Source: Gemmatimonadales bacterium
GTDB taxonomy: Bacteria; Gemmatimonadota; Gemmatimonadetes; Gemmatimonadales; GWC2-71-9
Assembly: GCA_050183815.1 (NCBI GenBank)
Contig: JBFXAY010000004.1
Coordinates: 976 to 64,975 of the forward strand
Reading direction: 5' to 3'
DNA: 64,000 nt
The notes under the pieces are model-generated. The model had not been told where the DNA came from. It was given only the letters and a program-made list of their open reading frames with translations, and searched no databases. The position numbers were made by a program, and so were the translations under genes. This document shows, piece after piece, positions 44,133 to 54,566 of the stretch (positions are counted from its first letter, which is position 1; the number at the start of each line of letters is the position of its first letter).

Positions 44133-44669
44133 TCAGGTCCCGGGGCACTTCACTTTCTTGAGCCGCACCTCGATGCTGTTCTGGCCCTCGCCCTCGTTCC
44201 GGGGCAGGAGCGCGCCGTCCGACGCCAGCCGGTAGCTGATTCGCTGCGGGAACGTCTTCTTGAGGTTCTCGAAGACGACGTACTCGTCAACGATCTGCAC
44301 CATGGTGTATTCGTCGAACGGCCGTCCTTCGGAGGACGCCGAGAACGTCACGACCGAGTCGTTCGCGGTAATCTTGCTGAACTCGAACGAGGTCGCCCGG
44401 TTCTTCCGCAGGTACCGGGTCGTGGCGGTCATCAGGTTTTCGGTCGGGTTGTTCCAGATTTCCTCGACGCTGGTTTCGTCGTCGAGCCGTCCTTCCCAGC
44501 AGCCCGCCATGAACTTGAGCTTGTCGCTGAGTTTCATGACCAGTTTGGGCTCCTTCACCTTCTCGCGCCGCCCACCGTCCCGGGACTCGTCGGGCCCCTG
44601 AGCGAGGAGGGTTCCGCCGCCTACCGCGGCCAGCACCAGAACCATCGATAACGGTCGTACGAGCTTCAT
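44133..44669 (-). CDS. Hypothetical exported protein
   Basis: Internal ATG 44669 gives a signal peptide MKLVRPLSMVLVLAAVGGGTLLAQG. Noticeably lower GC than its neighbours. No confident family assignment. Confidence 0.55.
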   Translation of the reverse strand: MKLVRPLSMVLVLAAVGGGTLLAQGPDESRDGGRREKVKEPKLVMKLSDKLKFMAGCWEGRLDDETSVEEIWNNPTENLMTATTRYLRKNRATSFEFSKITANDSVVTFSASSEGRPFDEYTMVQIVDEYVVFENLKKTFPQRISYRLASDGALLPRNEGEGQNSIEVRLKKVKCPGT

Positions 44670-44789
44670 TGCAGTCTCCAGAGTCATCGCCAAACGCCGC
44701 CCTCGGGACGGCACCGAAAGATACGACATTCGGGACGCCCTGTGCCCTGACGAAGGGACCCGACGCCCCAGTCCGCGTTAGCTTCCAGC

Positions 44790-46172
44790 ATGCCGACCAA
44801 TCCAGCCGATTTCGGCCTCCGCGAGGCCGTCCGGGCGGTAGCCCGCAAGCGCCTGTCCCCCAGCGAGTTGGCCGAGGCGGCTCTGGCCCGGGTCGCCGCC
44901 CTCAACCCGTCGCTCAACGCCCTGATCACCGTCACCGCGGACTCGGCCCTGGCCACCGCCCGGCGGCAGGATGCCGCTCTGTCCCGAGGCCGCAAACCCG
45001 GTGCCCTGACCGGAATTCCGCTCACGGTGAAGGACCTGATCCTCACCCGGGAGGCGCCGACGACGCTGGGATCGCGGGTCATTCCGGACGGTTTGCCCGC
45101 CGGCGAGGATGCCACCGTGGTGGCGCGACTTCGGCGAGCAGGAGCGGTGATCATCGGCAAGGCGAATCTTCACGAAGTTGCGCTCGGGGTGACCTCCGAG
45201 AACGAGCACTTCGGCGCGGTCCGCAACCCGTGGAACCGGACTCGGGTGGCGGGGGGGTCGAGCGGCGGGTCGGCGGCAGCGGTGGCGGTCGGGATGGGCC
45301 TCGGTTCGGTGGGGACCGACACCCGAGGCTCGATCAGGATTCCGGCCTCCTGCTGCGGGATCACCGGGCTCAAGCCGACCTTCGGCCTGATCCCGACAGA
45401 GGGCGTGTTTCCGCTGGCGGCGACGCTCGATCACGTCGGACCGATGACCCGGTCGGCGGAGGATGCCGCGCTCCTGTTCGGCGTGATGGCTGGTGGGTCA
45501 TGGCAGCAGCGGGCCCTGGCCGCCGTCGATCGGCCGCCGCGCCGGCCCCGCATCGCGGTGGTCGACTACTTCTTCGAGGACGCGGATCCGGCCGTGGCGA
45601 AGGCGGTTGTCGGCGCGATCCGGGTGCTCGAGCGGGGCGGAGCCGTGGTCGTGGGGGCGGAGGTCCCGGAGCTGGAGCCCGCGCTCGAGGCGTCACGGGT
45701 CATTGTTCTCGCCGAGGCCATCAGCTACCACGATCCATTGCTCCGCCAACGACGCCGGGGGTATGGGCCCAAGGTCAGAGCCCGGATGGTTGGCGGCTAT
45801 CGGTTGTCGGCGTTGCAGCTGGTCCGGGCCGAGGAGACCAGAGCGGAGTTAGTCGCGGCCTACCATCGGCTGTTCGCCGAGGTCGACTGCCTGGTTGCTC
45901 CGGTCCTGCCCGTACCGCCGGGCCGAATTGGAACCGAGTCGGCCCTCGTCGCGGGCCATCGGATACCGATCTCGGCGGCCTATTGCCGCGCCAACGCCCC
46001 TCAGAATCTCACCGGATTTCCGTCGCTAGCGGTGCCCTGCGGCCAGACGGCGGACGGCCTGCCGATTGGCCTGCAGATCGTTACAGCCCCGGGCCGCGAT
46101 GATCTGGCCCTGGGGATCGGAGCCCGGTTGCAGGCTCTCAGCGACTGGCACCGTAGGCGCCCCCCCGTCTAG
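44790..46172 (+). CDS. Amidase-signature family enzyme (GatA-like amidase)
   Basis: 460 aa. GIPLTVKD and the amidase signature [12 protein letters not shown] ... [12 protein letters not shown]. Confidence 0.9.
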   Translation: MPTNPADFGLREAVRAVARKRLSPSELAEAALARVAALNPSLNALITVTADSALATARRQDAALSRGRKPGALTGIPLTVKDLILTREAPTTLGSRVIPDGLPAGEDATVVARLRRAGAVIIGKANLHEVALGVTSENEHFGAVRNPWNRTRVAGGSSGGSAAAVAVGMGLGSVGTDTRGSIRIPASCCGITGLKPTFGLIPTEGVFPLAATLDHVGPMTRSAEDAALLFGVMAGGSWQQRALAAVDRPPRRPRIAVVDYFFEDADPAVAKAVVGAIRVLERGGAVVVGAEVPELEPALEASRVIVLAEAISYHDPLLRQRRRGYGPKVRARMVGGYRLSALQLVRAEETRAELVAAYHRLFAEVDCLVAPVLPVPPGRIGTESALVAGHRIPISAAYCRANAPQNLTGFPSLAVPCGQTADGLPIGLQIVTAPGRDDLALGIGARLQALSDWHRRRPPV

Positions 46173-46510
46173 TCACCGAAAAAACCACAGGACAGGGAGC
46201 CATTCCGACCCCCCCCCGGGGCCGTGTCGGTTCGACACGCCTCCATGAAACATTGTGTCCCATAGACAGCATATCAATAGATTGGTGAAAATCTAATTTG
46301 TTTCCAGGCATAGACTTAGCTTGTTGCTGCCTCGGCATAGAAGGTGTATTGACACTCATACTGCGACCCGGTGCTAGCGACCGATCGCGTCGGCCCGAGG
46401 ACCACTCGGGACCCCCACGACAATGTCGTCGGCCTTCGACGACACGGCTGGAAATGCGGAACTGGGTTCGATCCGAACCCAGGCATTGAACCTTCAGCGA
46501 AGGAAAGACG

Positions 46511-49500
46511 ATGAGGCACAACCATCGATGGAGTCGCGCCGTAATTGGGGCCGCGTTGGTCGGCCTGCTGGCGGCGCCCCCGCTCCTGGCCCAGGCCACC
46601 GGCACCGTCACCGGCAAGGTGACTGCGGCCGACAGCCCGACTCCGGTCGAGGCGGCCCGGGTCCAGATCGTCGGCACCCCGTTCCAGGTGTTGTCGAACC
46701 GGGAAGGGGTCTACACGCTGCGCAACGTGCCGGCCGGGCAGGTGACCATCCGGGTTTCCGCCCTCGGCTTTGCCTCGGCGACCAAGGACCTGGCGGTCGC
46801 CGCGGGTCAGACGGCCACGCTCGACTTCACCCTGACCCAGGCTCCGTACACCCTCGAAGAGATCACCACCACGGCGATCGGTGACACCCGGAAGGCCGAA
46901 CTCGGCAACTCGGTCAACACGATTCAGGTCGCGAAGCTCGCTGAGGAAGCGCCGGTCAAGACACTGGCGGACATCCTCAAGGCGCGGGCCCCGGGCGTCC
47001 AGGTCTTCTCCTCCACCGGCACCATCGGCGGCGGGCAGCGGATCCGGATCCGCGGGTCCAACTCGGTGTCGCTGTCGAACGAGCCGCTCTACATCGTGGA
47101 CGGCGTCCGCATCGAGAGCAGCAACGGGTCGAACTCGTTCGGCGTCGGCGGCCAGTCGCCCTCGCGGGTCAATGACATCAACCCGGACGAGATCGCCGAC
47201 ATCCAGGTCCTCAAGGGGCCCTCGGCCTCGGCGATCTACGGCACCCAGGGGTCCAACGGCGTCATCCTGATCACGACCAAGCGGGGCGTGGCGGGCCGGG
47301 CCCGGTGGAATCTCTGGAGCGAGCAGGGCATCAACCAGGACAAGAACGATTATCGCGACAACTATTACGGCGCCGCCGGCACCGATCCCAACAGCGGACG
47401 CTGTACCCTGGTCAATCAGGCAGCCGGGTCGTGCACCGTCACCACGATTTACTCGTTCAACCCGCTCAAGGATCCGGTCGAGTCACCGCTCGCCACCGGC
47501 CGCCGGCAGCAGTATGGCGCCAGCGTCTCCGGCGGCAGTGACCTCGTCCAGTACTTCCTTTCCGCCGAGCGGGAGAGCGAGAAGGGCGTCTTCTTCATGC
47601 CGGACGCCGAGCAGGCCCGGATCCTCGACGGGAGCGGGCGGACCGCGCTGCGCGACGACGAGCTTAACCCGAACAACATCGACAAGGTCAACCTCCGGTC
47701 GAACCTGTCGGTGGTGCTCTCGCCGAAGGCCAACGTCGCCGTCAACCTCGGCTACGTGACCAGCGGCCTCCGGCTGCCTCAGAATGACAACAACGTCCGC
47801 GGCATTCACTCGAGCGCCGTCAACGGCGACGGCCGCGGTCCGCTGATCGATCTCACGCTCCCGAACGGCCAGGTGGTCAATCGCGCCTGGGGCTTCCATC
47901 GGCCCGGCGAGACCTTCCAGCGCCTTACCAAGCAGACCGTCCAGCGCTTCACCACCGGCGCCACGGCCAATTACAGCCCGAACAACTGGCTCACCAGCCG
48001 GGCGGTCGTCGGCCTCGACCTGACCAGCCGGATCGACCAGTTGCTCAACCGGTTCGACGAAGGGCCGTTCTTCTCGCTCGACCGTGAGGGCATCGCCGCG
48101 GAGGGCCGGCGCACTATCGCGGTGTACACGATCGATGCGAACGCCACGGCGGCGTTCGACCTGATGGACAACCTGACCTCGAAGACCACCGCCGGCATCA
48201 ACTACGTCCAGAACAACTTCCGTGGCACCAACGCCCAGGGCGATCCGCTGCCCCCGGGCGCGGTGACCGTGACCGCCGGCTCGAACAAGCAGGCGTCGGA
48301 AACCAACAACCTCGTCAAGACCGCCGGCGGCTTCGTCCAGCAGACCTTCGGTCTCGACGACAAGCTGTTCCTCACCGGCGCGGTCCGGGTCGACCGGAAC
48401 TCCGCCTCGGGCACCCTGGCCAAGACGATCGTCTATCCGAAGGCTTCGATCTCGTACCTGATCAGCGAGTCCGGGTTCTTCCCGAAGGGGAGCTTCCTCA
48501 ACTCGTTCCGGCTCCGAGCCAGCTACGGCCACGCCGGCCAGCAGCCGAACGGGTCGCAGGCGCTCGAGTCCTACTCGGCCACCGCGGCCGCGGTGGGCGG
48601 CACGGTCCAGCCGGCCGTGACCATCAACAACCTCGGCGATCCGAACCTCAAGCCGGAACGGAGCATCGAGTACGAAGCGGGCTTCGACGCAAACTTCCTG
48701 AACAGCCGCGTGGCCCTCGAAGTCACGGCGTTCCACAAGGACACCAAGGACGCGCTGATCTTCGTGCCGACCCCACTTTCGGCCGGCAATCCGTCGGGCC
48801 AGTTCCGGAACCTCGGAAAGGTCCGCAACGAGGGCATCGAGTACATCCTGAACACGCAGGTTCTCACCGGGAAGAGCCTCGGCTGGGACCTGACCCTGAG
48901 CGGCTCGTTCCTCAAGAACCGCCTGCTCGACCTCGGTGGCCAGCCGCCGATCAACGCCAACGGCGTGACCCAGCAGCACCGTGAAGGCTTCCCGCTCGGC
49001 GGCTACTGGGCCCGGCCGTACACCTACAACGACGCCAACGGCGACGGCATCATCGCCGCCAGCGAGATCACGCCGGGCGATTCGCTGGAATACCTGGGCA
49101 ACTCGCAGCCGACCCGCGAACTGGCGATCAGTTCGCAGTGGAATCTGTTCGACGGCAAGCTGCAGATCGCGACCCAGCTCGACTATCGCGGCGGCGCCTA
49201 CCTCTACAACCTCGAGGAAGATTTCCGCTGCCGGAGCTCGCAGAACTGCCAGGCGCTGTACGACATCAACGCCCCGATGGATCAGAAGGCGCGGGTCACG
49301 GCCCTCCGGTTCCTGGGTTCGAACAACACCAACTTCGGGTTCATCGACCCGGCGGATTACTTCAAGTGGCGCGAACTGTCGGTGACGTTCAACGCGCCGA
49401 AGAAGTGGGCGCAGGCGTTCACCGCCGAGCGGCTGAGCATCACCGCGAGCGGCCGGAACCTCGCCATGTGGACCAAGTACACCGGCGTCGATCCGGAAGT

Positions 49501-49594
49501 GAACGGGCAGGGCGAGTCCAACTTCGCCCAGCGCGACTTCCTGAGCCTGCCGCCGCTGCGCAGCTTCTCGCTCCGGCTCAACCTGTCGTTCTAA
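46511..49594 (+). CDS. SusC/RagA-family TonB-dependent outer-membrane transporter, copy 1
   Basis: 1027 aa. A signal peptide, then a carboxypeptidase-regulatory-like domain (GTVTGKVTAADSPTPVEAARVQIVG), a plug (IRIRGSNSVSLSNEPLYIVDGV ... ILKGPSASAIYGTQGSNGVILITTKRG), a long barrel, and a terminal LNLSF. Confidence 0.9.
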   Translation: MRHNHRWSRAVIGAALVGLLAAPPLLAQATGTVTGKVTAADSPTPVEAARVQIVGTPFQVLSNREGVYTLRNVPAGQVTIRVSALGFASATKDLAVAAGQTATLDFTLTQAPYTLEEITTTAIGDTRKAELGNSVNTIQVAKLAEEAPVKTLADILKARAPGVQVFSSTGTIGGGQRIRIRGSNSVSLSNEPLYIVDGVRIESSNGSNSFGVGGQSPSRVNDINPDEIADIQVLKGPSASAIYGTQGSNGVILITTKRGVAGRARWNLWSEQGINQDKNDYRDNYYGAAGTDPNSGRCTLVNQAAGSCTVTTIYSFNPLKDPVESPLATGRRQQYGASVSGGSDLVQYFLSAERESEKGVFFMPDAEQARILDGSGRTALRDDELNPNNIDKVNLRSNLSVVLSPKANVAVNLGYVTSGLRLPQNDNNVRGIHSSAVNGDGRGPLIDLTLPNGQVVNRAWGFHRPGETFQRLTKQTVQRFTTGATANYSPNNWLTSRAVVGLDLTSRIDQLLNRFDEGPFFSLDREGIAAEGRRTIAVYTIDANATAAFDLMDNLTSKTTAGINYVQNNFRGTNAQGDPLPPGAVTVTAGSNKQASETNNLVKTAGGFVQQTFGLDDKLFLTGAVRVDRNSASGTLAKTIVYPKASISYLISESGFFPKGSFLNSFRLRASYGHAGQQPNGSQALESYSATAAAVGGTVQPAVTINNLGDPNLKPERSIEYEAGFDANFLNSRVALEVTAFHKDTKDALIFVPTPLSAGNPSGQFRNLGKVRNEGIEYILNTQVLTGKSLGWDLTLSGSFLKNRLLDLGGQPPINANGVTQQHREGFPLGGYWARPYTYNDANGDGIIAASEITPGDSLEYLGNSQPTRELAISSQWNLFDGKLQIATQLDYRGGAYLYNLEEDFRCRSSQNCQALYDINAPMDQKARVTALRFLGSNNTNFGFIDPADYFKWRELSVTFNAPKKWAQAFTAERLSITASGRNLAMWTKYTGVDPEVNGQGESNFAQRDFLSLPPLRSFSLRLNLSF
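48224..48966 (+). repeat. 743-bp tract 100% identical to 53169-53911 (inside SusC copy 1)
   Basis: Compared line by line. Identity starts after ...aacttccgT/C and ends at ...aacggcgt, and the flanks differ at many positions. The ORF track independently shows identical antisense ORFs (48202-48423 = 53147-53368; 48571-48960 = 53516-53905), all offset by 4945. Confidence 0.9.
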
Positions 49595-49621
49595 CGGGTC
49601 CAAGACCCAAAGGGATATTGC

Positions 49622-50974
49622 ATGTTGACTCTCAAGACTGTTCGAACGGGAGCCCGAGCGGCCGGAGCCTGTCTCCTGGCGATCCTCGCGACGGGCTGCC
49701 TCGACGAAATCGTGAAGGTCGATGAGCGGGACGTGATCCCGCCCGACCAGCTGACCACCGCCGCGGGGGCGGCCGCTCTCTACGCGGGAGCGCTCCGCCA
49801 GTTCGGCGCCGCGATCGACGGCAACAACGGCGGCACCGAGGGCCAGTCCCTCGTGTCCGGCATGGTGGCCGACGAGTGGTTCCACTCCGGGACCTTCAGC
49901 ACCCGGGTGGACTATGACATGCGGGCCACCGACCTCAACAATGGCACGCTCGCCGGCGTCTACCGGAACCTGAACGACGCCCGGACGGCCGCTTCCCGGG
50001 CGATCGAGGCCGTCACCAATACCAGCGATCCATCGGACGAACGGCTCGGTGCGTTGCAGAACCGGATCGGCTACGTCTACCTGGTCGGGGCCATGAACTA
50101 CTGCAGCGGCCTCACCTTCAGCGAGATCGTCGACGGCGCCCTCGTGTATGGTGAACCGCTCACGACCACGCAGATGCTCGACGAGGCGATCGGCTGGTTC
50201 GATCAGGCCCTGGCCGGTTCGGCCGGTCCGAGCAGCGTCAACCACAACACCGCGCGGGTGCTCAAGGCCCGGGCCCTGACGCTCAAGGGCACGGCCAACC
50301 TCTCGGCCGCGGCGACCCTGGTGGCCACGGTGCCGACGACGTTCCAGGCGGTGAGCGAGCATTCGATCGCGAACGGCGGGAACGAGAACGGCATTTTCGT
50401 CTTCAACCATAACAGCAAGCGGTGGTCGCTCGCCCACCACGAGGGCGGCAACGGTCTGGGCTTCCGCGGCGCCGGCGACGGCACTGATCCGGCCCAGGCG
50501 GATCCCCGGATCCAGTGGACCTTGACCGGCGTCGGGTTCGACAATACGTCGCCGCAGTACAACTGGCTCGGCTCGGTGGGCCGGGACGCCTCGATGCCCT
50601 TCACCACCGGGATCGAAGCCCGGCTGATGGAAGCCGAGGCCGATCTCGCCGCCGGCAACGCGGGCGGCATGATCGACAAGCTCAACGCCCTTCGCGCCAC
50701 CGTGACGGGGCTGGCTCCGCTCACCGACCCGGGCTCGGCGGCTGCTCGGCAGGACCTGCTGTTCTCCGAGCGAGGCTTCTGGCTCTTCGGCATGGGTACC
50801 CGGCTCTCCGACCTGCGCCGGCTCGTCCGGCAGTATGGCCGGGGCGCCGAGTCGGTCTTCCCGACCGGCGCGTACGGCAAGGGCGGCGACTTTGGCAGCG
50901 ATGTCAACCTGCCGCTCCCGAACGTCGAGAATCAGAACCCGAACTTCCAGGGCTGCCTCGACCGGAACGCCTGA
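49622..50974 (+). CDS. SusD/RagB-family outer-membrane lipoprotein, copy 1
   Basis: 450 aa. Lipobox LATGC. Alpha-helical TPR-like composition. Located 27 nt downstream of the SusC-like gene, the canonical pairing. Confidence 0.8.
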   Translation: MLTLKTVRTGARAAGACLLAILATGCLDEIVKVDERDVIPPDQLTTAAGAAALYAGALRQFGAAIDGNNGGTEGQSLVSGMVADEWFHSGTFSTRVDYDMRATDLNNGTLAGVYRNLNDARTAASRAIEAVTNTSDPSDERLGALQNRIGYVYLVGAMNYCSGLTFSEIVDGALVYGEPLTTTQMLDEAIGWFDQALAGSAGPSSVNHNTARVLKARALTLKGTANLSAAATLVATVPTTFQAVSEHSIANGGNENGIFVFNHNSKRWSLAHHEGGNGLGFRGAGDGTDPAQADPRIQWTLTGVGFDNTSPQYNWLGSVGRDASMPFTTGIEARLMEAEADLAAGNAGGMIDKLNALRATVTGLAPLTDPGSAAARQDLLFSERGFWLFGMGTRLSDLRRLVRQYGRGAESVFPTGAYGKGGDFGSDVNLPLPNVENQNPNFQGCLDRNA

Positions 50975-51002
50975 TCGACCCGGAGGCCACTGAAGGGTCG
51001 CA

Positions 51003-51051
51003 GCAAACAAGGCGGGGGCTTCGGAACATCGAGGCCCCCGCCTTCGTTTGC
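51003..51051 (+). terminator. Intrinsic terminator-like hairpin after SusD copy 1
   Basis: GCAAAC-AAGGCGGGGGC-(14-nt loop)-GCCCCCGCCTT-c-GTTTGC. An 11-bp GC stem extended by a 6-bp outer stem with a one-base bulge. Confidence 0.6.
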
Positions 51052-51455
51052 TACCGAAAGCGGGTGTCGATCCGTCGACAGGGATGCCGATCGGTCCGCT
51101 TCCGTGGGACCTGCGCGCGTTGAGGTGCCGGAAAGATCCATGGGAGCTGCGTAGAGATATAAATGGGAGCAAATACAATAATCTATTGACATCAACATGT
51201 TCCCACACTCGCCAGTCGGCGTTAGGGAAGTCCAATCGACACGAACGTGTCAATCTGACTCGTGAAATCGGTAACAATCCCCATCACAAGTTGTTGTTCT
51301 GTAAGGCCTTGGCGGATCGGATCCCGGCACACTTCCTGAATTTGTAGGGAGTCGGCTCCGAAGGTTCGTCACGGACCACCGCGGCCGTCAGCCGCGCTCC
51401 GAGGTCGAACTCCCGTCGGCGCCAGGCTCAACAACCATCTCTTCGGGGAATGATC

Positions 51456-54400
51456 ATGAGGCAAAACCATCGTTGGCTGCGGGCAACCCTCGCGGCGGCC
51501 GTCGTTGCGGCCGGCGCCGTCGGTTCGCTTTCGGCCCAGCAGACCGGCACCGTGACGGGCAAGATCGTCGCGGCCGACACTCCCACGCCGATCGAGGCCG
51601 CCCGGGTCCAGATCGTCGGCACTCCGTTCCAGGTGCTGTCCAACCGGGACGGCGTGTACACCCTCCGGGGCGTCACGGCCGGGTCGGTGACCATCCGGGT
51701 TTCGGCCCTCGGCTTCGCTTCTGCCACCAAGGAAGCGACCGTGACCGCGGGCGGCACCGCCACGCTCGACTTCACGCTGAGCCAGGCACCCTATACCCTC
51801 GAAGAGATCACCACGACCGCGATCGGTGACACCCGGAAGGCCGAACTCGGCAACTCGGTGAACACGATCCAGGTCTCGAAGCTCGCCGAGGAAGCGCCGG
51901 TCAAGACCCTGGCCGACATCCTCAAGGCCCGCGCCCCGGGCGTCCAGGTCTTCTCCTCCACCGGTACGATCGGCGGCGGCGAGCGGATCCGGATCCGCGG
52001 ATCCAACTCGGTGTCGCTCTCGAACGAGCCGCTCTACATCGTCGACGGCGTCCGGATCGAGAGCAGCACGGGCTCGGCTTCGTTCGGCGTCGGCGGCCAG
52101 TCGCCGTCGCGCGTCAACGACATCAACCCGGACGAAATCGCCGACATCCAGATCCTCAAGGGCCCCTCGGCCTCGGCGATCTACGGCACCCAGGGCTCCA
52201 ACGGCGTCATCCTGATCACGACCAAGCGGGGCGTGGCCGGCCGGGCCCGGTGGAATCTCTGGAGCGAGCAAGGCCTCAACCAGGACAAGAACGACTACCG
52301 AAACAACTACTACGGCTCGGCGACGAGCCTGCCGAACGGCGCCCGGTGCCGGCTCGTCGACCAGGCCGCCGGCACCTGCACCGTCAACACGATCTTCAGT
52401 TTCAACCCGCTCAAGGACCCGGTCGAGTCGCCCCTCGCCACGGGCCGCCGGCAGCAGTATGGCGCCAGCGTCTCCGGCGGCAGCGATCTCGTCCAGTACT
52501 TCCTCTCCGCCGAGCGCGAGAGCGAAAAGGGCGTCTTCTTCATGCCGGACGCCGAACAGACCCGGATCCTCGCCGGCAGCGGCCGGACCGAACTCCGGGA
52601 CGACGAGCTCAATCCGAACAACATCGACAAGGTCAACCTCCGGTCGAACCTGTCGGTGGTGCTCTCGCCGAAGGCCAACGTGGCCGTCAACCTCGGCTAC
52701 GTGACCAGCGGTCTGCGGCTGCCGCAGAATGACAACAACGTCCGCGGCATCCACTCGAGCGCCGTCAACGGCGACGGCCGCGGCCCGCTGGACTCGCTCC
52801 AGCTGCCCAACGGTCAGTGGGTCTCTCGGTCCTGGGGCTTCCATCGCCCCGGCGAGACCTTCCAGCGCCTGACCAAGCAGACGATTCAGCGGTTCACCAC
52901 CGGGGCCACCGCCAACTACAGCCCGAACAACTGGCTGACCAGCCGGGCAGTCGTCGGTCTTGACCTGACCAGCCGGATCGACCAGTTGCTCAACCGGTTC
53001 GACGAAGGGCCGTTCTTCTCGCTCGATCGTCAGGGCATCGCCGCCGAGGGCCGGCGCACGATCGCCGTGTACACCGTGGACGCGAACGCGACCGCAAGCT
53101 TCGATCTGATGGACAACCTCACCTCGAAGACCACGGCGGGCATCAACTATGTCCAGAACAACTTCCGCGGCACCAACGCCCAGGGCGATCCGCTGCCCCC
53201 GGGCGCGGTGACCGTGACCGCCGGCTCGAACAAGCAGGCGTCGGAAACCAACAACCTCGTCAAGACCGCCGGCGGCTTCGTCCAGCAGACCTTCGGTCTC
53301 GACGACAAGCTGTTCCTCACCGGCGCGGTCCGGGTCGACCGGAACTCCGCCTCGGGCACCCTGGCCAAGACGATCGTCTATCCGAAGGCTTCGATCTCGT
53401 ACCTGATCAGCGAGTCCGGGTTCTTCCCGAAGGGGAGCTTCCTCAACTCGTTCCGGCTCCGAGCCAGCTACGGCCACGCCGGCCAGCAGCCGAACGGGTC
53501 GCAGGCGCTCGAGTCCTACTCGGCCACCGCGGCCGCGGTGGGCGGCACGGTCCAGCCGGCCGTGACCATCAACAACCTCGGCGATCCGAACCTCAAGCCG
53601 GAACGGAGCATCGAGTACGAAGCGGGCTTCGACGCAAACTTCCTGAACAGCCGCGTGGCCCTCGAAGTCACGGCGTTCCACAAGGACACCAAGGACGCGC
53701 TGATCTTCGTGCCGACCCCACTTTCGGCCGGCAATCCGTCGGGCCAGTTCCGGAACCTCGGAAAGGTCCGCAACGAGGGCATCGAGTACATCCTGAACAC
53801 GCAGGTTCTCACCGGGAAGAGCCTCGGCTGGGACCTGACCCTGAGCGGCTCGTTCCTCAAGAACCGCCTGCTCGACCTCGGTGGCCAGCCGCCGATCAAC
53901 GCCAACGGCGTCGACCAGCAGCACCGCGAGAACTACCCCCTCGGCGGCTACTGGGGCCGGCCGTACACCTACAACGACGCCAACGGCGACGGCATCATCG
54001 CCGCGAGCGAAGTGACGGCCGAGGACTCGCTCTCGTACATCGGCAACTCGCAGCCGACCCGCGAACTGGCGATCAGCTCGCAGTTCAACCTGTTCGACGG
54101 CAAGGTGCAGATCTCCACCCAGCTCGACTATCGCGGCGGCGCCTACCTCTACAATCTCGAGGAGGATTTCCGCTGCCGGAGCTCGCAGAACTGCGAGGCC
54201 CTGTACGACGTCAATGCCTCGATGGACGACAAGGCGCGCGTCACGGCGCTCCGGTTCCTCGGTGCGAAGAACACGAACTTCGGCTTCAAGGAAAAGTCGG
54301 ACTACATGAAGTGGCGCGAACTCTCGGTGACCTTCAACGCCCCGAAGGCATGGGCGCAGGCGTTCACCGCCGAGCGGCTCAGCATCACCGCGAGCGGCCG

Positions 54401-54539
54401 GAACCTCGCCACCTTCACCAGCTACTCGGGCGTGGATCCGGAGGTCAACGGCCAGGGCGAAGCGAATTTCGCCCAGCGCGACTTCCTGAGCCTGCCGCCG
54501 CTGCGGTCGTTCTCGCTCCGGCTCAACCTGTCGTTCTAA
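51456..54539 (+). CDS. SusC/RagA-family TonB-dependent outer-membrane transporter, copy 2
   Basis: About 90% identical in protein to copy 1 by eye, with the same domain order. Start set at the ATG homologous to copy 1 (MRQNHRW); the tracked start is 51450. Confidence 0.9.
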   Translation: MRQNHRWLRATLAAAVVAAGAVGSLSAQQTGTVTGKIVAADTPTPIEAARVQIVGTPFQVLSNRDGVYTLRGVTAGSVTIRVSALGFASATKEATVTAGGTATLDFTLSQAPYTLEEITTTAIGDTRKAELGNSVNTIQVSKLAEEAPVKTLADILKARAPGVQVFSSTGTIGGGERIRIRGSNSVSLSNEPLYIVDGVRIESSTGSASFGVGGQSPSRVNDINPDEIADIQILKGPSASAIYGTQGSNGVILITTKRGVAGRARWNLWSEQGLNQDKNDYRNNYYGSATSLPNGARCRLVDQAAGTCTVNTIFSFNPLKDPVESPLATGRRQQYGASVSGGSDLVQYFLSAERESEKGVFFMPDAEQTRILAGSGRTELRDDELNPNNIDKVNLRSNLSVVLSPKANVAVNLGYVTSGLRLPQNDNNVRGIHSSAVNGDGRGPLDSLQLPNGQWVSRSWGFHRPGETFQRLTKQTIQRFTTGATANYSPNNWLTSRAVVGLDLTSRIDQLLNRFDEGPFFSLDRQGIAAEGRRTIAVYTVDANATASFDLMDNLTSKTTAGINYVQNNFRGTNAQGDPLPPGAVTVTAGSNKQASETNNLVKTAGGFVQQTFGLDDKLFLTGAVRVDRNSASGTLAKTIVYPKASISYLISESGFFPKGSFLNSFRLRASYGHAGQQPNGSQALESYSATAAAVGGTVQPAVTINNLGDPNLKPERSIEYEAGFDANFLNSRVALEVTAFHKDTKDALIFVPTPLSAGNPSGQFRNLGKVRNEGIEYILNTQVLTGKSLGWDLTLSGSFLKNRLLDLGGQPPINANGVDQQHRENYPLGGYWGRPYTYNDANGDGIIAASEVTAEDSLSYIGNSQPTRELAISSQFNLFDGKVQISTQLDYRGGAYLYNLEEDFRCRSSQNCEALYDVNASMDDKARVTALRFLGAKNTNFGFKEKSDYMKWRELSVTFNAPKAWAQAFTAERLSITASGRNLATFTSYSGVDPEVNGQGEANFAQRDFLSLPPLRSFSLRLNLSF
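53169..53911 (+). repeat. 743-bp tract 100% identical to 48224-48966 (inside SusC copy 2)
   Basis: See the partner feature. The offset is exactly 4945 bp. Confidence 0.9.
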
Positions 54540-54566
54540 CGGGCCCGACCCGAAAGGATATCCAGC

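Noticed and set aside
46462-46482. tRNA-like GGTTCGATCC T-loop-like sequence upstream of SusC copy 1
   Set aside because: It is a simple 9-bp hairpin with a 3-nt loop. No acceptor stem, D-arm or anticodon arm can be drawn around it, and there is no CCA context.
46173-46510. Invertible (phase-variable) promoter upstream of SusC, as in some Bacteroides loci
   Set aside because: I could not find long inverted repeats bracketing the AT-rich promoter-like segment. No site-specific recombinase gene is present in the window.
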